DNA from: Auanema rhodensis
Taxonomy: Eukaryota > Animalia > Nematoda
DNA length: 64,000 nt
Direction: 5' to 3'
Assembly: GCA_964057225.1 (NCBI GenBank)
Contig: OZ059895.1
Coordinates: forward strand, 2,542,001 to 2,606,000
Shown here: positions 39,001 through 51,399 of the stretch, piece by piece
Layout: each line of letters starts with the position of its first letter
Position numbering within the stretch: the first letter of the stretch is position 1
Translations under genes and position numbers: made by a program
Notes under the pieces: model-generated
The model's input: only the letters and a program-made list of their open reading frames with translations
What the model was told of the DNA's origin: nothing
Database searches by the model: none

Positions 39001-40570
39001 CAACATACACTTATGCATCATTTTTCAAACAATCATAACTAATTTTTGTATTAAGCATTTCTCAATGTAGTATAGTGCATTCGATGCGGATTTTTAAGCT
39101 GCGTCGATCTGTGTTATCAGATTTGCGCTAGCTTAAAAATGCACCGAGATATCAACTGATATAAGTTCACACTTATATCCTCGATTTTCACCATGAAGAA
39201 TTAATTTTTTCGTTGAATAACATTGTCCATCGTCTTTGCCTTGAAAAATGGAATCTAAAAACATCTACTTTTTGCTAAATTATTTTGAAATTTTTCGAAA
39301 AAATTTTTGTCAAAATGTTTTTGGAAGCAATGTTGAGTGTACATGGAAACTCAACATACACTTATGCATCATTTTTCGAACAATCATAACTAATTTTTGT
39401 ATTAAGCGTTTCTCAATGTAGTATAGTGCATCCGATGCGGATTTTTAAACTGCGTCGATCTGTGTTATCAGATTTGCGCTAGCTTAAAAATGCACCGAGA
39501 TATCAACTGATATAAGTTCACACTTATATCCTCGATTTTCACCCTGAAGAATTGATTTTTTCGTTGAATAACACTGTCCATTGTCTTCGCCTTGAAAAAA
39601 GGAATCTGAAAACATCTACTTTTTGCTAAATTATTTTGAAATTTTTCGAAAAAATTTTTGTCAAAATGTTTTTGGAAGCAATGTTGAGTGTACATGGAAA
39701 CTCAACATACACTAATGCATCATTTTTCAAACGATCATAACTAATTTTTGTATTAAGCGTTTCTCAATGTAGTATAGTGCATTCGATGCGGATGTTTAAG
39801 CTGCGTCGATTTGTGTTATCAGATTTGCGCTAGCTTAAAAATGCACCGAGATATCAACTGATATAAGTTCACACTTATATCCTCGATTTTCACCCTGAAG
39901 AATCAATTTTTTCGTTGAATAACATTGTCCATCGTCTTCGCCTTGAAAAAAGAAATCTAAAAACATCTACTTTTTGCTAAATTATTTTGAAATTTTTCGA
40001 AAAAATTTTCGTCAAAATGTTTTTGGAAGCAATGTTGAGTGTACATGGAAACTCAACATACACTTATGCATCATTTTTCAAACAATCATAACTAATTTTT
40101 GTATCAAGCGTTTCTCAATGTATTAAAGTGCATTCGATGCGGATTTTTAAGCTGGGTCGATCTGTGTTATCAGATTTGCGCTAGCTTAAAAATGCACCGA
40201 GATATCAACTGATATAAGTTCACACTTATATCCTCGATTTTCACCCTGAAGAATTAATTTTTTCGTTGAATAACATTGTCCATCGTCTTCGCCTTGAAAA
40301 AAGGAATCTAAAAACATCTACTTTTTGCTAAATTATTTTGAAATTTTTCGAAAAAATTTTTGTCAAAATGTTTTTGGAAGCAATGTTGAGTGTACATGGA
40401 AACTCAACATACACTTATGCATCATTTTTCAAACAATCATAACTAATTTTTGTATTAAGCATTTCTCAATGTAGTATAGTGCATTCGATGCGGATTTTTA
40501 AGCTGCGTCGATCTGTGTTATCAGATTTGCGCTAGCTTAAAAATGCACCGAGATATCAACTGATATAAGT
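36021..40570. repeat. 4-monomer (1404-bp) higher-order repeat, ~3 copies
   Basis: The variant monomer (AAACTGCG, AATTGATT, ACACTGTCCATTGT, TCTGAAAAC) and the TATCAAG...TGTATTAAAG monomer recur at 1404-bp spacing. Identical ORFs at 36660, 38064 and 39468 confirm the period. Confidence 0.93.
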
Positions 40571-43500
40571 TCACACTTATATCCTCGATTTTCACCCTGA
40601 AGAATTAATTTTTTCGTTGAATAACATTGTCCATCGTCTTCGCCTTGAAAAAAGGAATCTAAAAACATCTACTTTTTGCTAAATTATTTTGAAATTTTTC
40701 GAAAAAATTTTTGTCAAAATGTTTTTGGAAGCAATGTTGAGTGTACATGGAAACTCAACATACACTTATGCATCATTTTTCAAACAATCATAACTAATTT
40801 TTGTATTAAGCATTTCTCAATGTAGTATAGTGCATTCGATGCGGATTTTTAAGCTGCGTCGATCTGTGTTATCAGATTTGCGCTAGCTTAAAAATGCACC
40901 GAGATATCAACTGATATAAGTTCACACTTATATCCTCGATTTTCACCATGAAGAATTAATTTTTTCGTTGAATAACATTGTCCATCGTCTTTGCCTTGAA
41001 AAATGGAATCTAAAAACATCTACTTTTTGCTAAATTATTTTGAAATTTTTCGAAAAAATTTTTGTCAAAATGTTTTTGGAAGCAATGTTGAGTGTACATG
41101 GAAACTCAACATACACTTATGCATCATTTTTCGAACAATCATAACTAATTTTTGTATTAAGCGTTTCTCAATGTAGTATAGTGCATTCAATGCGGATTTT
41201 TAAGCTGGGTCGATCTGTGTTATCAGATTTGCGCTAGCTTAAAAATGCACCGAGATATCAACTGATATAAGTTCACACTTATATCCTCGATTTTCACCCT
41301 GAAGAATTAATTTTTTCGTTGAATAACATTGTCCATCGTCTTCGCCTTGAAAAAAGGAATCTAAAAACATCTACTTTTTGCTAAATTATTTTGAAATTTT
41401 TCGAAAAAATTTTTGTCAAAATGTTTTTGGAAGCAATGTTGAGTGTACATGGAAACTCAACATACACTTATGCATCATTTTTCAAACAATCATAACTAAT
41501 TTTTGTATTAAGCATTTCTCAATGTAGTATAGTGCATTCGATGCGGATTTTTAAGCTGCGTCGATCTGTGTTATCAGATTTGCGCTAGCTTAAAAATGCA
41601 CCGAGATATCAACTGATATAAGTTCACACTTATGTCCTCGATTTTCACCATGAAGAATTAATTTTTTCGTTGAATAACATTGTCCATCGTCTTTGCCTTG
41701 AAAAATGGAATCTAAAAACATCTACTTTTTGCTAAATTATTTTGAAATTTTTCGAAAAAATTTTTGTCAAAATGTTTTTGGAAGCAATGTTGAGTGTACA
41801 TGGAAACTCAACATACACTTATGCATCATTTTTCGAACAATCATAACTAATTTTTGTATTAAGCGTTTCTCAATGTAATATAGTGCATTCAATGCGGATT
41901 TTTAAGCTGGGTCGATCTGTGTTATCAGATTTGCGCTAGCTTAAAAATGCACCGAGATATCAACTGATATAAGTTCACACTTATATCCTCGATTTTCACC
42001 CTGAAGAATTAATTTTTTCGTTGAATAACATTGTCCATCGTCTTCGCCTTGAAAAAAAGAATCTAAAAACATCTACTTTTTGCTAAATTATTTTGAAATT
42101 TTTCGAAAAAATTTTTGTCAAAATGTTTTTGGAAGCAATGTTGAGTGTACATGGAAACTGAACATACACTAATGCATCATTTTTCAAACGATCATAACTA
42201 ATTTTTGTATTGAGTGTTTCTCAATGTAGTATAGTGCATTCGATGCGGATTTTTAAGCTGGGTCGATCTGTGTTATCAGATTTGCGCTAGCTTAAAAATG
42301 CACCGAGATATCAACTGATATAAGTTCACACTTATATCCTCGATTTTCACCATGAAGAATTAATTTTTTCGTTGAATAACATTGTCCATCGTCTTTGCCT
42401 TGAAAAATGGAATCTAAAAACATCTACTTTTTGCTAAATTATTTTGAAATTTTTCGAAAAAATTTTTGTCAAAATGTTTTTGGAAGCAATGTTGAGTGTA
42501 CATGGAAACTCAACATACACTTATGCATCATTTTTCGAACAATCATAACTAATTTTTGTATTAAGCGTTTCTCAATGTATTATAGTGCATTCAATGCGGA
42601 TTTTTAAGCTGGGTCGATCTGTGTTATCAGATTTGCGCTAGCTTAAAAATGCACCGAGATATCAACTGATATAAGTTCACACTTATATCCTCGATTTTCA
42701 CCCTGAAGAATTAATTTTTTCGTTGAATAACATTGTCCATCGTCTTCGCCTTGAAAAAAAGAATCTAAAAACATCTACTTTTTGCTAAATTATTTTGAAA
42801 TTTTTCGAAAAAATTTTTGTCAAAATGTTTTTGGAAGCAATGTTGAGTGTACATGGAAACTGAACATACACTAATGCATCATTTTTCAAACAATCATAAC
42901 TAATTTTTGTATTAAGCGTTTCTCAATGTAGTATAGTGCATTCGATGCGGATTTTTAAGCTGCGTCGATTTGTGTTATCAGATTTGCGCTAGCTTAAAAA
43001 TGCACCGAGATATCAACTGATATAAGTTCACACTTATATCCTCGATTTTCATCCTGAAGAATTAATTTTTTCGTTGAATAACATTGTCCATCGTCTTCGC
43101 CTTGAAAAAAGGAATCTAAAAACATCTACTTTTTGCTAAATTATTTTGAAATTTTTCGAAAAAATTTTTGTCAAAATGTTTTTGGAAGCAATGTTGAGTG
43201 TACATGGAAACTCAACATACACTAATGCATCATTTTTCAAACGATCATAACTAATTTTTGTATTGAGTGTTTCTCAATGTAGTATAGTGCATTCGATGCG
43301 GATTTTTAAGCTGGGTCGATCTGTGTTATCAGATTTGCGCTAGCTTAAAAATGCACCGAGATATCAACTGATATAAGTTCACACTTATATCCTCGATTTT
43401 CACCCTGAAGAATTAATTTTTTCGTTGAATAACATTGTCCATCGTTTTCGCCTTGAAAAAAAGAATCTAAAAACATCTACTTTTTGCTAAATTATTTTGA

Positions 43501-46500
43501 AATTTTTCGAAAAAATTTTTGTCAAAATGTTTTTGGAAGCAATGTTGAGTGTACATGGAAACTCAACATACACTTATGCATCATTTTTCAAACAATCATA
43601 ACTAATTTTTGTATTAAGCATTTCTCAATGTAGTATAGTGCATTCGATGCGGATTTTTAAGCTGCGTCGATCTGTGTTATCAGATTTGCGCTAGCTTAAA
43701 AATGCACCGAGATATCAACTGATATAAGTTCACACTTATATCCTCGATTTTCACCATGAAGAATTAATTTTTTCGTTGAATAACATTGTCCATCGTCTTT
43801 GCCTTGAAAAATGGAATCTAAAAACATCTACTTTTTGCTAAATTATTTTGAAATTTTTCGAAAAAAGTTTTGTCAAAATGTTTTTGGAAGCAATGTTGAG
43901 TGTACATGGAAACTCAACATACACTTATGCATCATTTTTCGAACAATCATAACTAATTTTTGTATTAAGCGTTGCTCAATGTAGTATAGTGCATTCGATG
44001 CGGATTTTTAAGCTGGGTCGATTTGTGTTATCAGATTTGCGCTAGCTTAAAAATGCACCGAGATATCAACTGATATAAGTTCACACTTATATCCTCGATT
44101 TTCACCCTGAAGAATTAATTTTTTCGTTGAATAACATTGTCCATCGTCTTCGCCTTGAAAAAAAGAATCTAAAAACATCTACTTTTTGCTAAATTATTTT
44201 GAAATTTTTCGAAAAAATTTTTGTCAAAATGTTTTTGGAAGCAATGTTGAGTGTACATGGAAACTCAACATACACTAATGCATCATTTTTCAAACGATCA
44301 TAACTAATTTTTGTAATAAGCGTTTCTCAATGTAATATAGTGCATTCAATGCGGATTTTTAAGCTGGGTCGATCTGTGTTATCAGATTTGCGCTAGCTTA
44401 AAAATGCACCGAGATATCAACTGATATAAGTTCACACTTATATCCTCGATTTTCACCCTGAAGAATTAATTTTTTCGTTGAATAACATTGTCCATCGTTT
44501 TCGCCTTGAAAAAAAGAATCTAAAAACATCTACTTTTTGCTAAATTATTTTGAAATTTTTCGAAAAAATTTTTGTCAAAATGTTTTTGGAAGCAATGTTG
44601 AGTGTACATGGAAACTCAACATACACTTATGCATCATTTTTCAAACAATCATAACTAATTTTTGTATTAAGCATTTCTCAATGTAATATAGTGCATTCAA
44701 TGCGGATTTTTAAGCTGGGTCGATCTGTGTTATCAGATTTGCGCTAGCTTAAAAATGCACCGAGATATCAACTGATATAAGTTCACACTTATATCCTCGA
44801 TTTTCACCCTGAAGAATTAATTTTTTCGTTGAATAACATTGTCCATCGTCTTCGCCTTGAAAAAAAGAATCTAAAAACATCTACTTTTTGCTAAATTATT
44901 TTGAAATTTTTCGAAAAAATTTTTGTCAAAATGTTTTTGGAAGCAATGTTGAGTGTACATGGAAACTCAACATACACTAATGCATCATTTTTCAAACGAT
45001 CATAACTAATTTTTGTAATAAGCGTTTCTCAATGTAATATAGTGCATTCAATGCGGATTTTTAAGCTGGGTCGATCTGTGTTATCAGATTTGCGCTAGCT
45101 TAAAAATGCACCGAGATATCAACTGATATAAGTTCACACTTATATCCTCGATTTTCACCCTGAAGAATTAATTTTTTCGTTGAATAACATTGTCCATCGT
45201 TTTCGCCTTGAAAAAAAGAATCTAAAAACATCTACTTTTTGCTAAATTATTTTGAAATTTTTCGAAAAAATTTTTGTCAAAATGTTTTTGGAAGCAATGT
45301 TGAGTGTACATGGAAACTCAACATACACTTATGCATCATTTTTCAAACAATCATAACTAATTTTTGTATTAAGCATTTCTCAATGTAGTATAGTGCATTC
45401 GATGCGGATTTTTAAGCTGCGTCGATCTGTGTTATCAGATTTGCGCTAGCTTAAAAATGCACCGAGATATCAACTGATATAAGTTCACACTTATATCCTC
45501 GATTTTCATCCTGAAGAATTAATTTTTTCGTTGAATAACATTGTCCATCGTCTTCGCCTTGAAAAATGGAATCTAAAAACATCTACTTTTTGCTAAATTA
45601 TTTTGAAATTTTTCGAAAAAAGTTTTGTCAAAATGTTTTTGGAAGCAATGTTGAGTGTACATGGAAACTCAACATACACTTATGCATCATTTTTCGAACA
45701 ATCATAACTAATTTTTGTATTAAGCGTTGCTCAATGTAGTATAGTGCATTCGATGCGGATTTTTAAGCTGGGTCGATTTGTGTTATCAGATTTGCGCTAG
45801 CTTAAAAATGCACCGAGATATCAACTGATATAAGTTCACACTTATATCCTCGATTTTCACCCTGAAGAATTAATTTTTTCGTTGAATAACATTGTCCATC
45901 GTCTTCGCCTTGAAAAAAAGAATCTAAAAACATCTACTTTTTGCTAAATTATTTTGAAATTTTTCGAAAAAATTTTTGTCAAAATGTTTTTGGAAGCAAT
46001 GTTGAGTGTACATGGAAACTCAACATACACTAATGCATCATTTTTCAAACGATCATAACTAATTTTTGTAATAAGCGTTTCTCAATGTAGTATAGTGCAT
46101 TCGATGCGGATTTTTAAGCTGGGTCGATCTGTGTTATCAGATTTGCGCTAGCTTAAAAATGCACCGAGATATCAACTGATATAAGTTCACACTTATATCC
46201 TCGATTTTCACCCTGAAGAATTAATTTTTTCGTTGAATAACATTGTCCATCGTCTTCGCCTTGAAAAAAGGAATCTAAAAACATCTACTTTTTGCTAAAT
46301 TATTTTGAAATTTTTCGAAAAAATTTTTGTCAAAATGTTTTTGGAAGCAATGTTGAGTGTACATGGAAACTCAACATACACTTATGCATCATTTTTCAAA
46401 CAATCATAACTAATTTTTGTATTAAGCATTTCTCAATGTAGTATAGTGCATTCGATGCGGATTTTTAAGCTGCGTCGATCTGTGTTATCAGATTTGCGCT

Positions 46501-49500
46501 AGCTTAAAAATGCACCGAGATATCAACTGATATAAGTTCACACTTATATCCTCGATTTTCACCATGAAGAATTAATTTTTTCGTTGAATAACATTGTCCA
46601 TCGTCTTTGCCTTGAAAAATGGAATCTAAAAACATCTACTTTTTGCTAAATTATTTTGAAATTTTTCGAAAAAATTTTTGTCAAAATGTTTTTGGAAGCA
46701 ATGTTGAGTGTACATGGAAACTCAACATACACTTATGCATCATTTTTCGAACAATCATAACTAATTTTTGTATTAAGCGTTGCTCAATGTAGTATAGTGC
46801 ATTCGATGCGGATTTTTAAGCTGGGTCGATCTGTGTTATCAGATTTGCGCTAGCTTAAAAATGCACCGAGATATCAACTGATATAAGTTCACACTTATAT
46901 CCTCGATTTTCACCCTGAAGAATTAATTTTTTCGTTGAATAACATTGTCCATCGTCTTCGCCTTGAAAAAAAGAATCTAAAAACATCTACTTTTTGCTAA
47001 ATTATTTTGAAATTTTTCGAAAAAATTTTTGTCAAAATGTTTTTGGAAGCAATGTTGAGTGTACATGGAAACTCAACATACACTAATGCATCATTTTTCA
47101 AACGATCATAACTAATTTTTGTATTAAGCGTTTCTCAATGTAGTATAGTGCATTCGATGCGGATTTTTAAGCTGCATCGATTTGTGTTATCAGATTTGCG
47201 CTAGCTTAAAAATGCACCGAGATATCAACTGATATAAGTTCACACTTATATCCTCGATTTTCACCCTGAAGAATTAATTTTTTCGTTGAATAACATTGTC
47301 CATCGTCTTCGCCTTGAAAAAAGGAATCTAAAAACATCTACTTTTTGCTAAATTATTTTGAAATTTTTCGAAACAATTTTTGTCAAAATGTTTTTGGAAG
47401 CAATGTTGAGTGTACATGGAAACTCAACATAAACTTATGCATCATTTTTCGAACAATCATAACTAATTTTTGTATTAAGCGTTTCTTAATGTAGTATAGT
47501 GCATTCGATGCGGATTTTTAAGCTGCGTCGATTTGTGTTATCAGATTTGCGCTAGCTTAAAAATGCACCGAGATATCAACTGATATAAGTTCACACTTAT
47601 ATCCTCGATTTTCACCCTGAAGAATTAATTTTTTCGTTGAATAACATTGTCCATCGTCTTCGCCTTGAAAAAAGGAATCTAAAAACATCTACTTTTTGCT
47701 AAATTATTTTGAAATTTTTCGAAACAATTTTTGTCAAAATGTTTTTGGAAGCAATGTTGAGTGTACATGGAAACTCAACATACACTTATGCATCATTTTT
47801 CGAACAATCATAACTAATTTTTGTATTAAGCGTTTCTTAATGTAGTATAGTGCATTCGATGCGGATTTTTAAGCTGGGTCGATCTGTGTTATCAGATTTG
47901 CGCTAGCTTAAAAATGCACCGAGATATCAACTGATATAAGTTCACACTTATATCCTCGATTTTCACCCTGAAGAATTAATTTTTTCGTTGAATAACATTG
48001 TCCATCGTCTTCGCCTTGAAAAAAAGAATCTAAAAACATCTACTTTTTGCTAAATTATTTTGAAATTTTTCGAAAAAATTTTTGTCAAAATGTTTTTGGA
48101 AGCAATGTTGAGTGTACATGGAAACTCAACATACACTAATGCATCATTTTTCAAACGATCATAACTAATTTTTGTATTAAGCGTTTCTCAATGTAGTATA
48201 GTGCATTCGATGCGGATTTTTAAGCTGCGTCGATTTGTCTTATCAGATTTGCGCTAGCTTAAAAATGCACCGAGATATCAACTGATATAAGTTCACACTT
48301 ATATCCTCGATTTTCACCCTGAAGAATTAATTTTTTTGTTGAATAACATTGTCCATCGTCTTCGCCTTGAAAAAAGGAATCTAAAAACATCTACTTTTTG
48401 CTAAATTATTTTGAAATTTTTCGAAAAAATTTTTGTCAAAATGTTTTTGGAAGCAATGTTGAGTGTACATGGAAACTCAACATACACTTATGCATCATTT
48501 TTCGAACAATCATAACTAATTTTTGTATTAAGCGTTTCTCAATGTAGTATAGTGCATTCAATGCGGATTTTTAAGCTGGGTCGATCTGTGTTATCAGATT
48601 TGCGCTAGCTTAAAAATGCACCGAGATATCAACTGATATAAGTTCACACTTATATCCTCGATTTTCACCCTGAAGAATTAATTTTTTCGTTGAATAACAT
48701 TGTCCATCGTCTTCGCCTTGAAAAAAGGAATCTAAAAACATCTACTTTTTGCTAAATTATTTTGAAATTTTTCGAAAAAATTTTTGTCAAAATGTTTTTG
48801 GAAGCAATGTTGAGTGTACATGGAAACTCAACATACACTTATGCATCATTTTTCAAACAATCATAACTAATTTTTGTATTAAGCATTTCTCAATGTAGTA
48901 TAGTGCATTCGATGCGGATTTTTAAGCTGCGTCGATCTGTGTTATCAGATTTGCGCTAGCTTAAAAATGCACCGAGATATCAACTGATATAAGTTCACAC
49001 TTATGTCCTCGATTTTCACCATGAAGAATTAATTTTTTCGTTGAATAACATTGTCCATCGTCTTTGCCTTGAAAAATGGAATCTAAAAACATCTACTTTT
49101 TGCTAAATTATTTTGAAATTTTTCGAAAAAATTTTTGTCAAAATGTTTTTGGAAGCAATGTTGAGTGTACATGGAAACTCAACATACACTTATGCATCAT
49201 TTTTCGAACAATCATAACTAATTTTTGTATTAAGCGTTTCTCAATGTAATATAGTGCATTCAATGCGGATTTTTAAGCTGGGTCGATCTGTGTTATCAGA
49301 TTTGCGCTAGCTTAAAAATGCACCGAGATATCAACTGATATAAGTTCACACTTATATCCTCGATTTTCACCCTGAAGAATTAATTTTTTCGTTGAATAAC
49401 ATTGTCCATCGTCTTCGCCTTGAAAAAAAGAATCTAAAAACATCTACTTTTTGCTAAATTATTTTGAAATTTTTCGAAAAAATTTTTGTCAAAATGTTTT

Positions 49501-51399
49501 TGGAAGCAATGTTGAGTGTACATGGAAACTCAACATACACTAATGCATCATTTTTCAAACGATCATAACTAATTTTTGTATTAAGCGTTTCTCAATGTAG
49601 TATAGTGCATTCGATGCGGATTTTTAAGCTGCGTCGATTTGTGTTATCAGATTTGCGCTAGCTTAAAAATGCACCGAGATATCAACTGATATAAGTTCAC
49701 ACTTATATCCTCGATTTTCATCCTGAAGAATTAATTTTTTCGTTGAATAACATTGTCCATCGTCTTCGCCTTGAAAAAAGGAATCTAAAAACATCTACTT
49801 TTTGCTAAATTATTTTGAAATTTTTCGAAAAAATTTTTGTCAAAATGTTTTTGGAAGCATTGTTGAGTGTACATGGAAACTCAACATACACTAATGCATC
49901 ATTTTTCAAACGATCATAACTAATTTTTGTATTGAGTGTTTCTCAATGTAGTATAGTGCATTCGATGCGGATTTTTAAGCTGGGTCGATCTGTGTTATCA
50001 GATTTGCGCTAGCTTAAAAATGCACCGAGATATCAACTGATATAAGTTCACACTTATATCCTCGATTTTCACCCTGAAGAATTAATTTTTTCGTTGAATA
50101 ACATTGTCCATCGTTTTCGCCTTGAAAAAAAGAATCTAAAAACATCTACTTTTTGCTAAATTATTTTGAAATTTTTCGAAAAAATTTTTGTCAAAATGTT
50201 TTTGGAAGCAATGTTGAGTGTACATGGAAACTCAACATACACTTATGCATCATTTTTCAAACAATCATAACTAATTTTTGTATTGAGTGTTTCTCAATGT
50301 AGTATAGTGCATTCGATGCGGATTTTTAAGCTGCGTCGATTTGTGTTATCAGATTTGCGCTAGCTTAAAAATGCACCGAGATATCAACTGATATAAGTTC
50401 ACACTTATATCCTCGATTTTCATCCTGAAGAATTAATTTTTTCGTTGAATAACATTGTCCATCGTCTTCGCCTTGAAAAAAGGAATCTAAAAACATCTAC
50501 TTTTTGCTAAATTATTTTGAAATTTTTCGAAAAAATTTTTGTCAAAATGTTTTTGGAAGCAATGTTGAGTGTACATGGAAACTCAACATACACTAATGCA
50601 TCATTTTTCAAACGATCATAACTAATTTTTGTATTGAGTGTTTCTCAATGTAGTATAGTGCATTCGATGCGGATTTTTAAGCTGGGTCGATCTGTGTTAT
50701 CAGATTTGCGCTAGCTTAAAAATGCACCGAGATATCAACTGATATAAGTTCACACTTATATCCTCGATTTTCACCCTGAAGAATTAATTTTTTCGTTGAA
50801 TAACATTGTCCATCGTTTTCGCCTTGAAAAAAAGAATCTAAAAACATCTACTTTTTGCTAAATTATTTTGAAATTTTTCGAAAAAATTTTTGTCAAAATG
50901 TTTTTGGAAGCAATGTTGAGTGTACATGGAAACTCAACATACACTTATGCATCATTTTTCAAACAATCATAACTAATTTTTGTATTAAGCATTTCTCAAT
51001 GTAGTATAGTGCATTCGATGCGGATTTTTAAGCTGCGTCGATCTGTGTTATCAGATTTGCGCTAGCTTAAAAATGCACCGAGATATCAACTGATATAAGT
51101 TCACACTTATATCCTCGATTTTCACCATGAAGAATTAATTTTTTCGTTGAATAACATTGTCCATCGTCTTTGCCTTGAAAAATGGAATCTAAAAACATCT
51201 ACTTTTTGCTAAATTATTTTGAAATTTTTCGAAAAAAGTTTTGTCAAAATGTTTTTGGAAGCAATGTTGAGTGTACATGGAAACTCAACATACACTTATG
51301 CATCATTTTTCGAACAATCATAACTAATTTTTGTATTAAGCGTTGCTCAATGTAGTATAGTGCATTCGATGCGGATTTTTAAGCTGGGTCGATCTGTGT

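Noticed and set aside
36660-39695. Three 75-aa minus-strand ORFs as annotated CDS
   Set aside because: They lie entirely within satellite monomers, show no recognisable domain or gene context, and their identity reflects the 1404-bp repeat. Kept only as a finding.
42407-42607. 66-aa plus-strand ORF
   Set aside because: It is a chance product of the AAAATGG variant (new ATG) plus G>T at 42580 removing a TAG. It is single-copy and low complexity.
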